Positions 10,148 through 18,126 of a stretch of DNA of 64,000 nucleotides are shown one piece after another; position 1 is the first letter of the stretch, and the number at the start of each line of letters is the position of its first letter. Both the position numbers and the translations under genes were made by a program. The notes beneath the pieces are model-generated. The model searched no databases. It was not told the DNA's origin and was given only the letters and a program-made list of their open reading frames with translations. This stretch comes from an uncultured bacterium (GTDB lineage: Bacteria > Fidelibacterota > Marinisomatia > Marinisomatales > UBA1611): assembly GCA_943788175.1 (NCBI GenBank), contig CALSPG010000007.1, positions 96,001 through 160,000 on the forward strand, written 5' to 3'.

Positions 10148-11311
10148 ATGAGATCACAATTGAGCTTTATAAGGCGAGTTGTTAGCTCGCTGTACGTTCT
10201 ATTGCTTTTAGGGCATTCTGTGTCTTTAGCTGCAAAGTACGACTTAAAGGGCACGGTAATAGGTGCTGATGGTAAAGTTAAAGTCGAACTAGCAGGCACA
10301 AAAAAGGATGCGCGGACTAAAAAAAATGGTGCGTTTAAATTAAGTAATGTTCCTGAAGGGGAATATACGCTTCAGGTTTTTCAGGATAAGAAAGTTATCC
10401 ACGAACAATCTATTAATGTAACGGAAGATGACGACAACTTAGAAGTTAAAGTTGGAGCTTCTTCTATTGCTCCTGTTGAAAAAACTGTTTCATCATTAAC
10501 ACCAGCTTCAGTAGCAACATCTGCAAATCCAATTGTCGAAAGTTCGCCAATTCCGCAAACTGCTGAGTCTTCTGGCGGAGCTTCAAATGACTTCATTGTA
10601 AATGAACTTAATTTTGAGATTAAAAAATTAACTGCTGAATTCAAGCACCTTAGTAGGGAGATGGATGATCTTAAGGCTTTAAGTAAAATGTGGATTAATC
10701 CTTTAACTATTTATTCTAAAGAAATAATTTTAAAAAATGGTAGTACTGTTTTTGGTAAAATTGTTTATCAAGACGATAAGTCCTTAAAAGTTGAAACTTT
10801 AGTGGGTTATCTTATCATAAAGCGTGATGAGGTAGTTCGAATAGTAGACAATGTAATTACTGAGGATCAGCAAGAATATGTTCCGGAGCAAATTAGAGAA
10901 AGTTATGCCCCTCCACCTATGCCAAAATTAACAGTTCCAAAGTATACTTCATCAAGTATGTCAAATAGGGATGCTGGCCAAAAATTTTCTGCTAATTGCG
11001 TCCTCATGGGAAATATTACTGAAAAGAAAGACAGCCAAGGTAATATTGTTTTTAATGGTGAAATTAAAAACATCGGTGGAAGAAGAGCTGATTTTGTTAA
11101 AATGGATTTTGTTTTTAGAAAAAATTGGAGCGGCGAAACCCGAACGCTCACTACTTTCATTCAAGGTTCATATAATACTTTTGACAGCGGTATTGTCTCT
11201 GATGCGAGTTTGCTTCCAGGTGCTCTCGGAAAATTCGAATTATATGTTCCACAAGATTTTGGATCATTCATAGGATATTCCTACGTTATTGATTGGGAAG
11301 AGTATCAATAA
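10148..11311 (+). CDS. Exported multidomain protein: carboxypeptidase-regulatory-like beta-sandwich, S/T/P/A linker, coiled coil, small beta domain and C-terminal FxLYD-like Ig domain
   Basis: Signal peptide (SLA|AK); LKGTV...T.KNGAFKLSNVPEGEYTL; IILKNGSTVFGKIV...IKRDEVVRI; FNGEIKNIGGRRADFVK...LLPGALGKF. Confidence 0.6.
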   Translation: MRSQLSFIRRVVSSLYVLLLLGHSVSLAAKYDLKGTVIGADGKVKVELAGTKKDARTKKNGAFKLSNVPEGEYTLQVFQDKKVIHEQSINVTEDDDNLEVKVGASSIAPVEKTVSSLTPASVATSANPIVESSPIPQTAESSGGASNDFIVNELNFEIKKLTAEFKHLSREMDDLKALSKMWINPLTIYSKEIILKNGSTVFGKIVYQDDKSLKVETLVGYLIIKRDEVVRIVDNVITEDQQEYVPEQIRESYAPPPMPKLTVPKYTSSSMSNRDAGQKFSANCVLMGNITEKKDSQGNIVFNGEIKNIGGRRADFVKMDFVFRKNWSGETRTLTTFIQGSYNTFDSGIVSDASLLPGALGKFELYVPQDFGSFIGYSYVIDWEEYQ

Positions 11312-11324
11312 AAATATTCCAAAT

Positions 11325-12203
11325 ATGTTTAAATACTTTTACATAATATTATTTTTTTCAATGTCTATGGCGGTTAGTCAGAATGGCGCTGGCGATACAT
11401 TTTTCCTAGATATGGGCGTTGTTATCCAGTCAGAAAACAAAGGGATAGCATTGCCTGACTTTTCTTCTCCGACACCTAGGCTAAAATCAAATAATATTGT
11501 CAAAACAATAGAATCTAGTTCTGTTTACATGGCGACAACATCTGATATGATTTCATCCTTGGATAGAATCACATCCCAAGTTACAGATATTGAAAAAGAT
11601 TTTGAATCGAAACTAGACATGCTAGAAATCGAAAACTTTAATTTGAGAAATCAAATTACTGGACTCAAAAAAAGGTTGAACGCTGAAATCTTAGATGCAA
11701 GTCTTATCGATGTTAATTTAGAGAAACCGCAAAAAGAATCATCACTTCCTTATGAGAACATCACAAAAAATTTAGAAATGAATGAAGTTGTCGCGCATTC
11801 TAATGATATTTTAACTAAAAGATCAGTTTTACAAAGATTTGATTTTGATATTTTTACTGAAGGCGTTATTCACTATAATAATGAAAAATATTACGATTGT
11901 ATTAGTAGTCTTAGCGTGCTGCCTGTGGATGATAATAGTAATAAAAACGCTAGTAAAACTTTATTTCTATTAGCTGATTCGTATGAAAACATGGGAAGAT
12001 ATAAACAAGCTCTTAATCATTTAGATAGATTGTCATTGGCTAATGATGATGAGTATTCAGATTTAATTTTATTTAAAAAAGGTATAATTTACAGAAACAT
12101 TGGCATGATGATTGAAGCGCAGAAAGCGTTTCAGGAGCTAGTTGAATCATTTCCCAAAAGTGAATTTAAAATCTTTGCTGAAGAAGAAATCCAAAATATA
12201 TAA
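11325..12203 (+). CDS. Exported coiled-coil plus TPR protein (CpoB/YbgF-like architecture)
   Basis: ATG 11325 gives signal peptide MFKYFYIILFFSMSMAVS|Q; heptad region LDMLEIENFNLRNQITGLKKRL; TPRs ending AFQELVESFPKSEF. Confidence 0.65.
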   Translation: MFKYFYIILFFSMSMAVSQNGAGDTFFLDMGVVIQSENKGIALPDFSSPTPRLKSNNIVKTIESSSVYMATTSDMISSLDRITSQVTDIEKDFESKLDMLEIENFNLRNQITGLKKRLNAEILDASLIDVNLEKPQKESSLPYENITKNLEMNEVVAHSNDILTKRSVLQRFDFDIFTEGVIHYNNEKYYDCISSLSVLPVDDNSNKNASKTLFLLADSYENMGRYKQALNHLDRLSLANDDEYSDLILFKKGIIYRNIGMMIEAQKAFQELVESFPKSEFKIFAEEEIQNI

Positions 12204-13582
12204 TGAGAAATATTAAAAACATTATAATCTTTTTTCTTATTACTTCAAGTATGATTTTCGCATCTGCCAGGGTTGCATACACTCGACCAGGGCTTATGAT
12301 GCGAATTCCAACATCAAGCATTCAAAAAGCTCCGTACATATTTAGAACGGGTTTTGGTGTTGAGTTGCATAATTTTGATCCAATAAATACCGCAAAAGGT
12401 GTTTATTTTGACATGGAATTTGGCAAGGGTTTTTCAGCTGGTTTTTCAGCTGTCCAAGGTGGTGATACTACCTCTTTAGACCTAATTTCAAAATCTCAAT
12501 ATTCGCCACAAGTAGAATTCGGTTTTCACTTTCAGCAAAGAGTCTTTGTTTACAATGATATTTCTCTATCTGCTGGATTGCAAGATATTGTTTTTCAAAA
12601 CAACCAAGATGACGAACAAGTTTTAAGTTTAAATACTGATCTATTGTCTTTTTTTCTAGTTTTAGCTAGTGAAAAAGACTTAGGTGATTATAAAATGAGC
12701 ACTTTCATGGGCTTCGGTACAGGAGGCCTTGGTCCAATGGATAGTGTCAAAGTAATAAGTGATTCAACGCAAACGGCAAATGCGGGTGTCTTTGTTGGAT
12801 TCTTATTGAAAACACCCTACTTCGGTAGAAATGGTGGAATGGATATTGTGGGTGAATTCGATGGAACAGGTGTCAATGTGGGACTCCGCATCCCCCTTAC
12901 CTCGGATTACCGCCTGAACCTTGGGTTCACCCACATAGAGCGTTTACCAAGTTGGAAAACGCGATATTGGACAGGCCATCCTGCTTTCACAATTGGATTT
13001 GATATGGCAGTCCCTAGAATTGGAGGGAGTTCGAGATCTTCAACTAGTGGGCCATCAAACCAGCCTTTATCAACCGCAAACCTGGCGTTTTCTAATGATG
13101 GAACTGTGCCAGCATATATGGATTCAACTATTGCTATGGCAGATTTCACAGTTATGTCATTAAGGGATTCCATGTTGATGATGAACAATGAAATGCGAAA
13201 TTTAATGGTTCAGCTTTCAGCCTTGGAGCAGGAGTCACAATTTCTTGTTGACTCATTGAAACAATTAAAACTCGGAAAAAATGTTCAAGAAAAAAATATG
13301 AATGAATCAATGAGACATCTATCACGGAGTCTTCGCTTCTTTTATGCTGGTGATTTTCGTGAAGCTTTGAAAGAAGTTGATTTATCATTGGAACTGAAAC
13401 CTGATTTAGCTCTAGCTTACGCTAGACGTGGTTCTATATATTACAAATTAGGTGATGTTCAAAGAGCCACAATTAATTGGAATTTAGCCCTTAGGTTAGA
13501 TCCCGAATATGATGATGTAAGAAATATTTTGAAGGCGCTTCATGAGAACCGTCTCAAAGATGCTAATTTATTTGAGGAGTAA
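12203..13582 (+). CDS. Putative outer-membrane beta-barrel (YjbH-like) fused to a coiled coil and C-terminal TPRs
   Basis: Signal peptide; GLMMRIPTS N-motif; amphipathic strands (GFHFQQRV, SLSAGLQDI, TFMGFGTG, VGEFDGTGVNVGLRI, FTIGFDM); coiled coil at about aa 320-370; TPR LKPDLALAYARRGSIYYKLGD...ALRLDP. Confidence 0.6.
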   Translation: MRNIKNIIIFFLITSSMIFASARVAYTRPGLMMRIPTSSIQKAPYIFRTGFGVELHNFDPINTAKGVYFDMEFGKGFSAGFSAVQGGDTTSLDLISKSQYSPQVEFGFHFQQRVFVYNDISLSAGLQDIVFQNNQDDEQVLSLNTDLLSFFLVLASEKDLGDYKMSTFMGFGTGGLGPMDSVKVISDSTQTANAGVFVGFLLKTPYFGRNGGMDIVGEFDGTGVNVGLRIPLTSDYRLNLGFTHIERLPSWKTRYWTGHPAFTIGFDMAVPRIGGSSRSSTSGPSNQPLSTANLAFSNDGTVPAYMDSTIAMADFTVMSLRDSMLMMNNEMRNLMVQLSALEQESQFLVDSLKQLKLGKNVQEKNMNESMRHLSRSLRFFYAGDFREALKEVDLSLELKPDLALAYARRGSIYYKLGDVQRATINWNLALRLDPEYDDVRNILKALHENRLKDANLFEE

Positions 13583-13585
13583 TTT

Positions 13586-14374
13586 ATGGATATTGCATTA
13601 ATTATAGGTGTTGTACTCGGTTTAGCTGCTATGATTGGTAGTATTGCTTATGCTCTATTTGTTGAGGGGTCAGCAGGGGGTTTTGGTAATTTTCTATCAG
13701 CACCTAGTTTTGGAATTGTATTTGGAGGTATGATAGCCTCTATTTTTGTTGCATTTCCGATGCCACACGTGGTTGCGCTAGGAAAAGCTATTGGAGCAGT
13801 GCTTAAACCAGCAGATGATAAGATGGGTGGATTAGTCGACGAAGCAGTTGAAGTTGCAGATGTCGGACGAAAAGGAGCAGCTGATCTCGAAAAATCAGTT
13901 GATAGTATTAAAAATTATTTTTTTAAAGATGGCGTGCAAATGGTTGTTGATGGCTACTCTTTAGACGAAATCACAGAAATTATGGAAACCAGAATTGAAT
14001 ACAGAGAGAAAAGGGAAAATGTTCAGAAATCCATGCTTAAATCTATGGGCGACCTTGCTCCTGCTTGGGGTATGGTAGGAACTCTAATTGGTTTAGTACT
14101 CATGTTAGCTGGTTTTGGTGGAGAAGGTGGAGCAGATAACCTTGGTGGTGGTATGGCGGCAGCGCTCATTACGACTCTTTACGGAGCTGTATTTGCCAAC
14201 TTGTTTTTTCTTCCAATGGCAGATAAAATGGGTAATAAAACTACTCAAACATCTATGTCAGCAGCGCTTTTAGTAGAGGCTGCTCGATTGATACATCAAA
14301 AGAAGCACCCATTAATCGTGCGAGAAAAATTAAACTCTTTCATTCCTCCTGGAGAGTGGAAATCAGAGGGCTAA
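13586..14374 (+). CDS. motA: Stator A subunit (MotA/PomA family)
   Basis: SFGIVFGG, GRKGAADLE, FFKDGVQMVVDG, APAWGMVGTLIGLVLML, MAAALITTLYGAVFANLFFLPMADK. Confidence 0.93.
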   Translation: MDIALIIGVVLGLAAMIGSIAYALFVEGSAGGFGNFLSAPSFGIVFGGMIASIFVAFPMPHVVALGKAIGAVLKPADDKMGGLVDEAVEVADVGRKGAADLEKSVDSIKNYFFKDGVQMVVDGYSLDEITEIMETRIEYREKRENVQKSMLKSMGDLAPAWGMVGTLIGLVLMLAGFGGEGGADNLGGGMAAALITTLYGAVFANLFFLPMADKMGNKTTQTSMSAALLVEAARLIHQKKHPLIVREKLNSFIPPGEWKSEG

Positions 14375-14383
14375 GGTTCTTTT

Positions 14384-15265
14384 ATGGCTGGAGCAGAATT
14401 CAAAAAAGGTTATAATAAAGGTTTCGCAGCTGGAGCGGACTCTGTTGAAGAGGGGCTTCCTGGATGGTTTGGAACGTTTGCAGACATGATGACTCTATTG
14501 TTTGCTTTTTTTGTATTATTAGCTGCTATTTCAACAATGGACCCTGTAAAGTTACAAGAGATGTCTAATTCTGAGGGTAAATCTCTTGGTAGTAAAATCA
14601 AATCTTCTGGAAAAGCCGAACTTGAAGGAGAGTTTGAGCCAATTAAAAATTTAGCTGCCATGAAAAAAGAAATGGAAGAAACCATTGAAGAAATGAAAAA
14701 AGAAAGCCCTAAAGGAGATCCTCCCATTGATATTCAAACTAGTTCAAAAGGGCTAATAGTGAATATTAAAGGTGATTACGCTTTCCCGATTGGTAAGGCA
14801 TCAATGAAAGAGGAGTTAAAAGGACTTTTAGATGAAGAAATAATACCTAAAATCCAAAATAGTCCATTCCAGGTAGAGGTCGCTGGGCATTCAGATTCTG
14901 ATAGAATGCCAAAAAAATGGAGGAAAACTTTTGCAACTAACTGGGAACTTTCTGCAGCAAGAGGTGCAAGTGTTGTAAGATATATGATAGATAAAGGGAT
15001 ACCCGCTCCAAGGCTATTAGCAGCTGGATACGGACCTTGGGCTCCGCACGGACTCGATAGTGTAAAAAAACAAAATCCGATGTGGAACCCGTTAACTCTG
15101 ACTTGGAAAAAGGCAGTTTTAACTAAAGATGGTAAAGAAATGCCAACGGTTTTGGGTCTTAATAAAAATGAAAAAATGAAGTCTAAAAACAGAAGAATTC
15201 AAATTACTTTTTTAAATCCGCCACATCATGGTAAGGGGCGGTCAGCAACTAGTTATGATGAATAA
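14384..15265 (+). CDS. motB: Stator B subunit (MotB/PomB family) with OmpA-like peptidoglycan-binding domain
   Basis: WFGTFADMMTLLFAFFVLL (essential Asp34), plug region, VAGHSD, NWELSAARG, GYG, NRRIQI. Confidence 0.93.
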   Translation: MAGAEFKKGYNKGFAAGADSVEEGLPGWFGTFADMMTLLFAFFVLLAAISTMDPVKLQEMSNSEGKSLGSKIKSSGKAELEGEFEPIKNLAAMKKEMEETIEEMKKESPKGDPPIDIQTSSKGLIVNIKGDYAFPIGKASMKEELKGLLDEEIIPKIQNSPFQVEVAGHSDSDRMPKKWRKTFATNWELSAARGASVVRYMIDKGIPAPRLLAAGYGPWAPHGLDSVKKQNPMWNPLTLTWKKAVLTKDGKEMPTVLGLNKNEKMKSKNRRIQITFLNPPHHGKGRSATSYDE

Positions 15266-15286
15266 ATACATACCGAGGAGTATTTC

Positions 15287-17098
15287 ATGATAAAAACAGG
15301 TTTAAATCTTAAAAAGAAGTTAGCAGTATTTATGCTAGCTGGTCTTTTAGTTGGGCAAGGTTCTGGCTACTTAGCACAGAAGCTAATGGTTGAAAATAAT
15401 ATTAGAGAGAGAGTTAAAGATGCTTTATCTAAAATTATTGACAATAATAAATACGTTATAAATGTTGATATAGATTTAGAGATTAGCGATGAAGTCGAAG
15501 AACAAATCACTGTATTGGCTGAAAGAGAATCAAGGCGTTCAGTAGTTGAAGATTCAAATGAAGAAACCGAAACTGAGAAATCATTATCAAGTATTCAACA
15601 ATCTATAGAATCAGAAGAAACATCTGAAAGGTCGAGTTATTCAGTGGGACTACCTATACCTGGGTTTGAGATGGACTTCACTAATTCAAATAAAAGTAAT
15701 AAAAAATCTGAAGAACCGAGACCACCTGTGATGTCTGTTGAAACTAAAAAACCTATTCAGGTTTCAAGTGTTGACAGGGACGCTAGCGAACCTAGGGTTG
15801 ATAAGGTTTTATCTAGAACTCGTCCTTCAAGAGCAGAAATTAAAAAAATGTATATTAGCTTGATTTTACAAGAAGGTGCTGCACCAGAATTAATTGAAAA
15901 TATTCGTCAATTGACAATGGCTGCCGCAAAATTTGATAGAAATCGTGGTGACAAGCTTACTATTATGACAGCAAGTTTTAGAGAAAAAAGAGATCAGCGC
16001 TCCGCAGAGCAGATTATGTTGAAAAACATCGCTGAAAAAATTGAATTATTAGAACAAAAAAGAGAATACGAAGAAAACACGCAAGATGCTACATGGAAAG
16101 ATGAGTTAACTAAATACAGGGATGAAGAAACTGCTAGACGAGAAGATGATAGAAGATTTTTCGAAGGTCAGATATCGCAATTAGAGCAACAGGCCAAAAA
16201 CAGAGCTTATAATCAAGAAAAACAAGATATGCTGTTGAGAGACTCTCTGAAGTTAAAAAAATTGAATGACGAAATTATGGCGCTTAAGTCAATGCTAAGG
16301 TCTTCTGAAAGAAGAGATAGTTTAAAAACAATCAGTAAGCAAGAACGAATTGATTCTCTAAGGTATGTTAGTCTAAGCAGTGAGTTAGATGAATTAGCAA
16401 AATCTCTTCAAGTGGCAGTAAAAACCAAATCAAAAGATGAAGAAGTTATAGCAAAGCGTAAGATTCAGGCTGAGATGGAAGATAGAGAAAAGCAAAAAGA
16501 AGAAAGAGAAAAAGAAATTTCTGATAAGATTCGTGAGCTTGATAGCGTCCAAGAAGAACTTGATCAGCTCCATGAAAACATGGAAAAAGAGAGCGGGAAT
16601 ACATTTATTATTTTAATTGCTCTAGGCGCTATTGTCTTTTTATTAATAATTGCATTAATTTTTATTTTATTAAAAAACAATAATAGGCAGGCTCCTGTCC
16701 CTCCTTGGATGATGCCTCCACCTCCTCGTAAACCAAGGAGAAGAAAAAGAGAAACTTCAAAAGAAAAAAAACCTATTGAAGCAAAAAAAATTGAAGAGCC
16801 AGCAGTTGTCGTACCTGAGCCAAAGCCTGAGCAAGCTGAAGTAAGCCAACCTGCTGAAAATACTTCTGGGCAAGAAAGTTCTTTACCATCAAGTGACGAT
16901 GATCCCGATGTCGTTCGTAGTGAAATAAATGATATCCGGAAATCAGTTGTATCCATGAGCGTTGGTCAGCCAGATAGAACTACAACTATTGTTAAGGAAT
17001 GGTTAGAACAACCAGAGCCTACACCTACAGCAGAGCCTGAGCAAGAATCTGCTGAAGATCCAGCAGATGGTAGTGATTCTGAAGAAAAAGAAAAGTAA
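15287..17098 (+). CDS. Divergent FliF-like ring protein: RBM3 only, long coiled coil, TM helix and FliG-binding C-terminus
   Basis: VENNIRERVKDALSKII...VINVDIDL and EIKKMYISLIL...IENIRQLTMAAAKFDRNRGDKLTIMTASF match the two halves of FliF RBM3. TM at about aa 439-462. IRKSVVSMSVGQPDRTTTIVKEWL matches the FliF C-terminal motif. Confidence 0.75.
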   Translation: MIKTGLNLKKKLAVFMLAGLLVGQGSGYLAQKLMVENNIRERVKDALSKIIDNNKYVINVDIDLEISDEVEEQITVLAERESRRSVVEDSNEETETEKSLSSIQQSIESEETSERSSYSVGLPIPGFEMDFTNSNKSNKKSEEPRPPVMSVETKKPIQVSSVDRDASEPRVDKVLSRTRPSRAEIKKMYISLILQEGAAPELIENIRQLTMAAAKFDRNRGDKLTIMTASFREKRDQRSAEQIMLKNIAEKIELLEQKREYEENTQDATWKDELTKYRDEETARREDDRRFFEGQISQLEQQAKNRAYNQEKQDMLLRDSLKLKKLNDEIMALKSMLRSSERRDSLKTISKQERIDSLRYVSLSSELDELAKSLQVAVKTKSKDEEVIAKRKIQAEMEDREKQKEEREKEISDKIRELDSVQEELDQLHENMEKESGNTFIILIALGAIVFLLIIALIFILLKNNNRQAPVPPWMMPPPPRKPRRRKRETSKEKKPIEAKKIEEPAVVVPEPKPEQAEVSQPAENTSGQESSLPSSDDDPDVVRSEINDIRKSVVSMSVGQPDRTTTIVKEWLEQPEPTPTAEPEQESAEDPADGSDSEEKEK

Positions 17099-17115
17099 GG
17101 ATAAGAGGTTAAGAT

Positions 17116-18060
17116 ATGATTACAGATTATAATCGCCTATCAGGGCTTCACAAAGTCGCAATTCTTTTCTCAGTGCTTGGTGAGAGTCTTGCTATGTCTC
17201 TTATTAAAGGCTTGTCTCGTACAGAAGTTCGAAAAATACGAGCAACTATTCGCGAAATGGGTAATGTTTCCTTTACTCTAAAAAGACGAGTTATGGAGGA
17301 ATTTTATTTTGGGTTTCTGAGCGAACAATTCTCTGATGAAAGTGATAATAATGAAGACGAAGGACCTATTAAGCCTTTTGAGTTTTTAACTGAAATGACA
17401 GATGAGCAACTTATTGCATTATTAGCAAATGAAGATGTCCCAGTTGTAGGAATTGCATTAGCTCAATTAGACGCAGGTAAAAGAATGACTATTTTAGAGC
17501 GAATGAAGCCTGAACAAAAAGGTAAAGTCCTTATTGAACTTGGTAGTTTACAAGAAATTCCATTAGAAGCTATTGTAGAAGTAGCTGGGAAGCTTAAAGA
17601 AAAAGCATCTTATCTACCAAAACCAGTAGAGTTTTCTAGAGGGGGAGCGAAAGAAATTGCTGACTTAATAGGAGAAATGGATGCAGACGAAGGTGAAAGA
17701 TATATGCAAACTCTTCAGAATGAAAATTCAGAGCTTTATAAAGCTGTAAAAATGCTTGTTCTAACGTTTGAAGATATTTTAGATAATTTCCCAGATGGAA
17801 TTTTAAGAGATCTTTGTAATAGTGTTGAGCTTGATTCTTTGTCTATGGCTATGAAAGGCATAGATCAAGAGGTCGTAGATAGGGTAGTGGGTAATTTGCC
17901 TCAAAAGAAACAAGCCATGTTTGAACCAGTAGAGGGGCCTAAACCAAAAAGAGAAGTTGATGATGCTAGAAAAATTATTGTTTCTGCAGCGAAAGAAATG
18001 GAAAAAGAAGGAGCTTTTAATTTAGCTGATATGATGGGCGGCGGAGAGATGGTAGAGTAG
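17116..18060 (+). CDS. fliG: FliG-like rotor protein (divergent)
   Basis: LSGLHKVAILFSVLGE (N domain), PFEFL...QLIALL (M domain), RGGAKEIADLI (GG linker), LTFEDI, GPKPKREVDDARKII..KEMEKEG (C domain). Confidence 0.9.
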   Translation: MITDYNRLSGLHKVAILFSVLGESLAMSLIKGLSRTEVRKIRATIREMGNVSFTLKRRVMEEFYFGFLSEQFSDESDNNEDEGPIKPFEFLTEMTDEQLIALLANEDVPVVGIALAQLDAGKRMTILERMKPEQKGKVLIELGSLQEIPLEAIVEVAGKLKEKASYLPKPVEFSRGGAKEIADLIGEMDADEGERYMQTLQNENSELYKAVKMLVLTFEDILDNFPDGILRDLCNSVELDSLSMAMKGIDQEVVDRVVGNLPQKKQAMFEPVEGPKPKREVDDARKIIVSAAKEMEKEGAFNLADMMGGGEMVE

Positions 18061-18087
18061 CATTATTGTTCTACAATTAATTGTTTT

Positions 18088-18115
18088 AAAAAAGCCCCGG
18101 TATCGGGGCTTTTTT
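18088..18115. terminator. Bidirectional intrinsic terminator between fliG and ppdK
   Basis: AAAAAA-GCCCCG-gtat-CGGGGC-TTTTTT between convergent genes. Confidence 0.92.
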
Positions 18116-18126
18116 AATTAATATAA

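Noticed and set aside
13586-15265. Zorya ZorAB anti-phage stator, or an ExbBD/TolQR pair
   Set aside because: Subunit A has no long ZorA tail, there is no zorC/D/E, the motifs are PomA/PomB-like, and FliG and FliF-like genes follow. A genuine exbBD-tonB is at 33499-35537.
10148-18060. Ordinary flagellar gene cluster or decaying pseudogene remnant
   Set aside because: No other flagellar genes are in the window, the FliF and FliG architectures are non-canonical, and all ORFs are intact with SD sites and conserved functional residues. This cannot be fully excluded without the rest of the genome.
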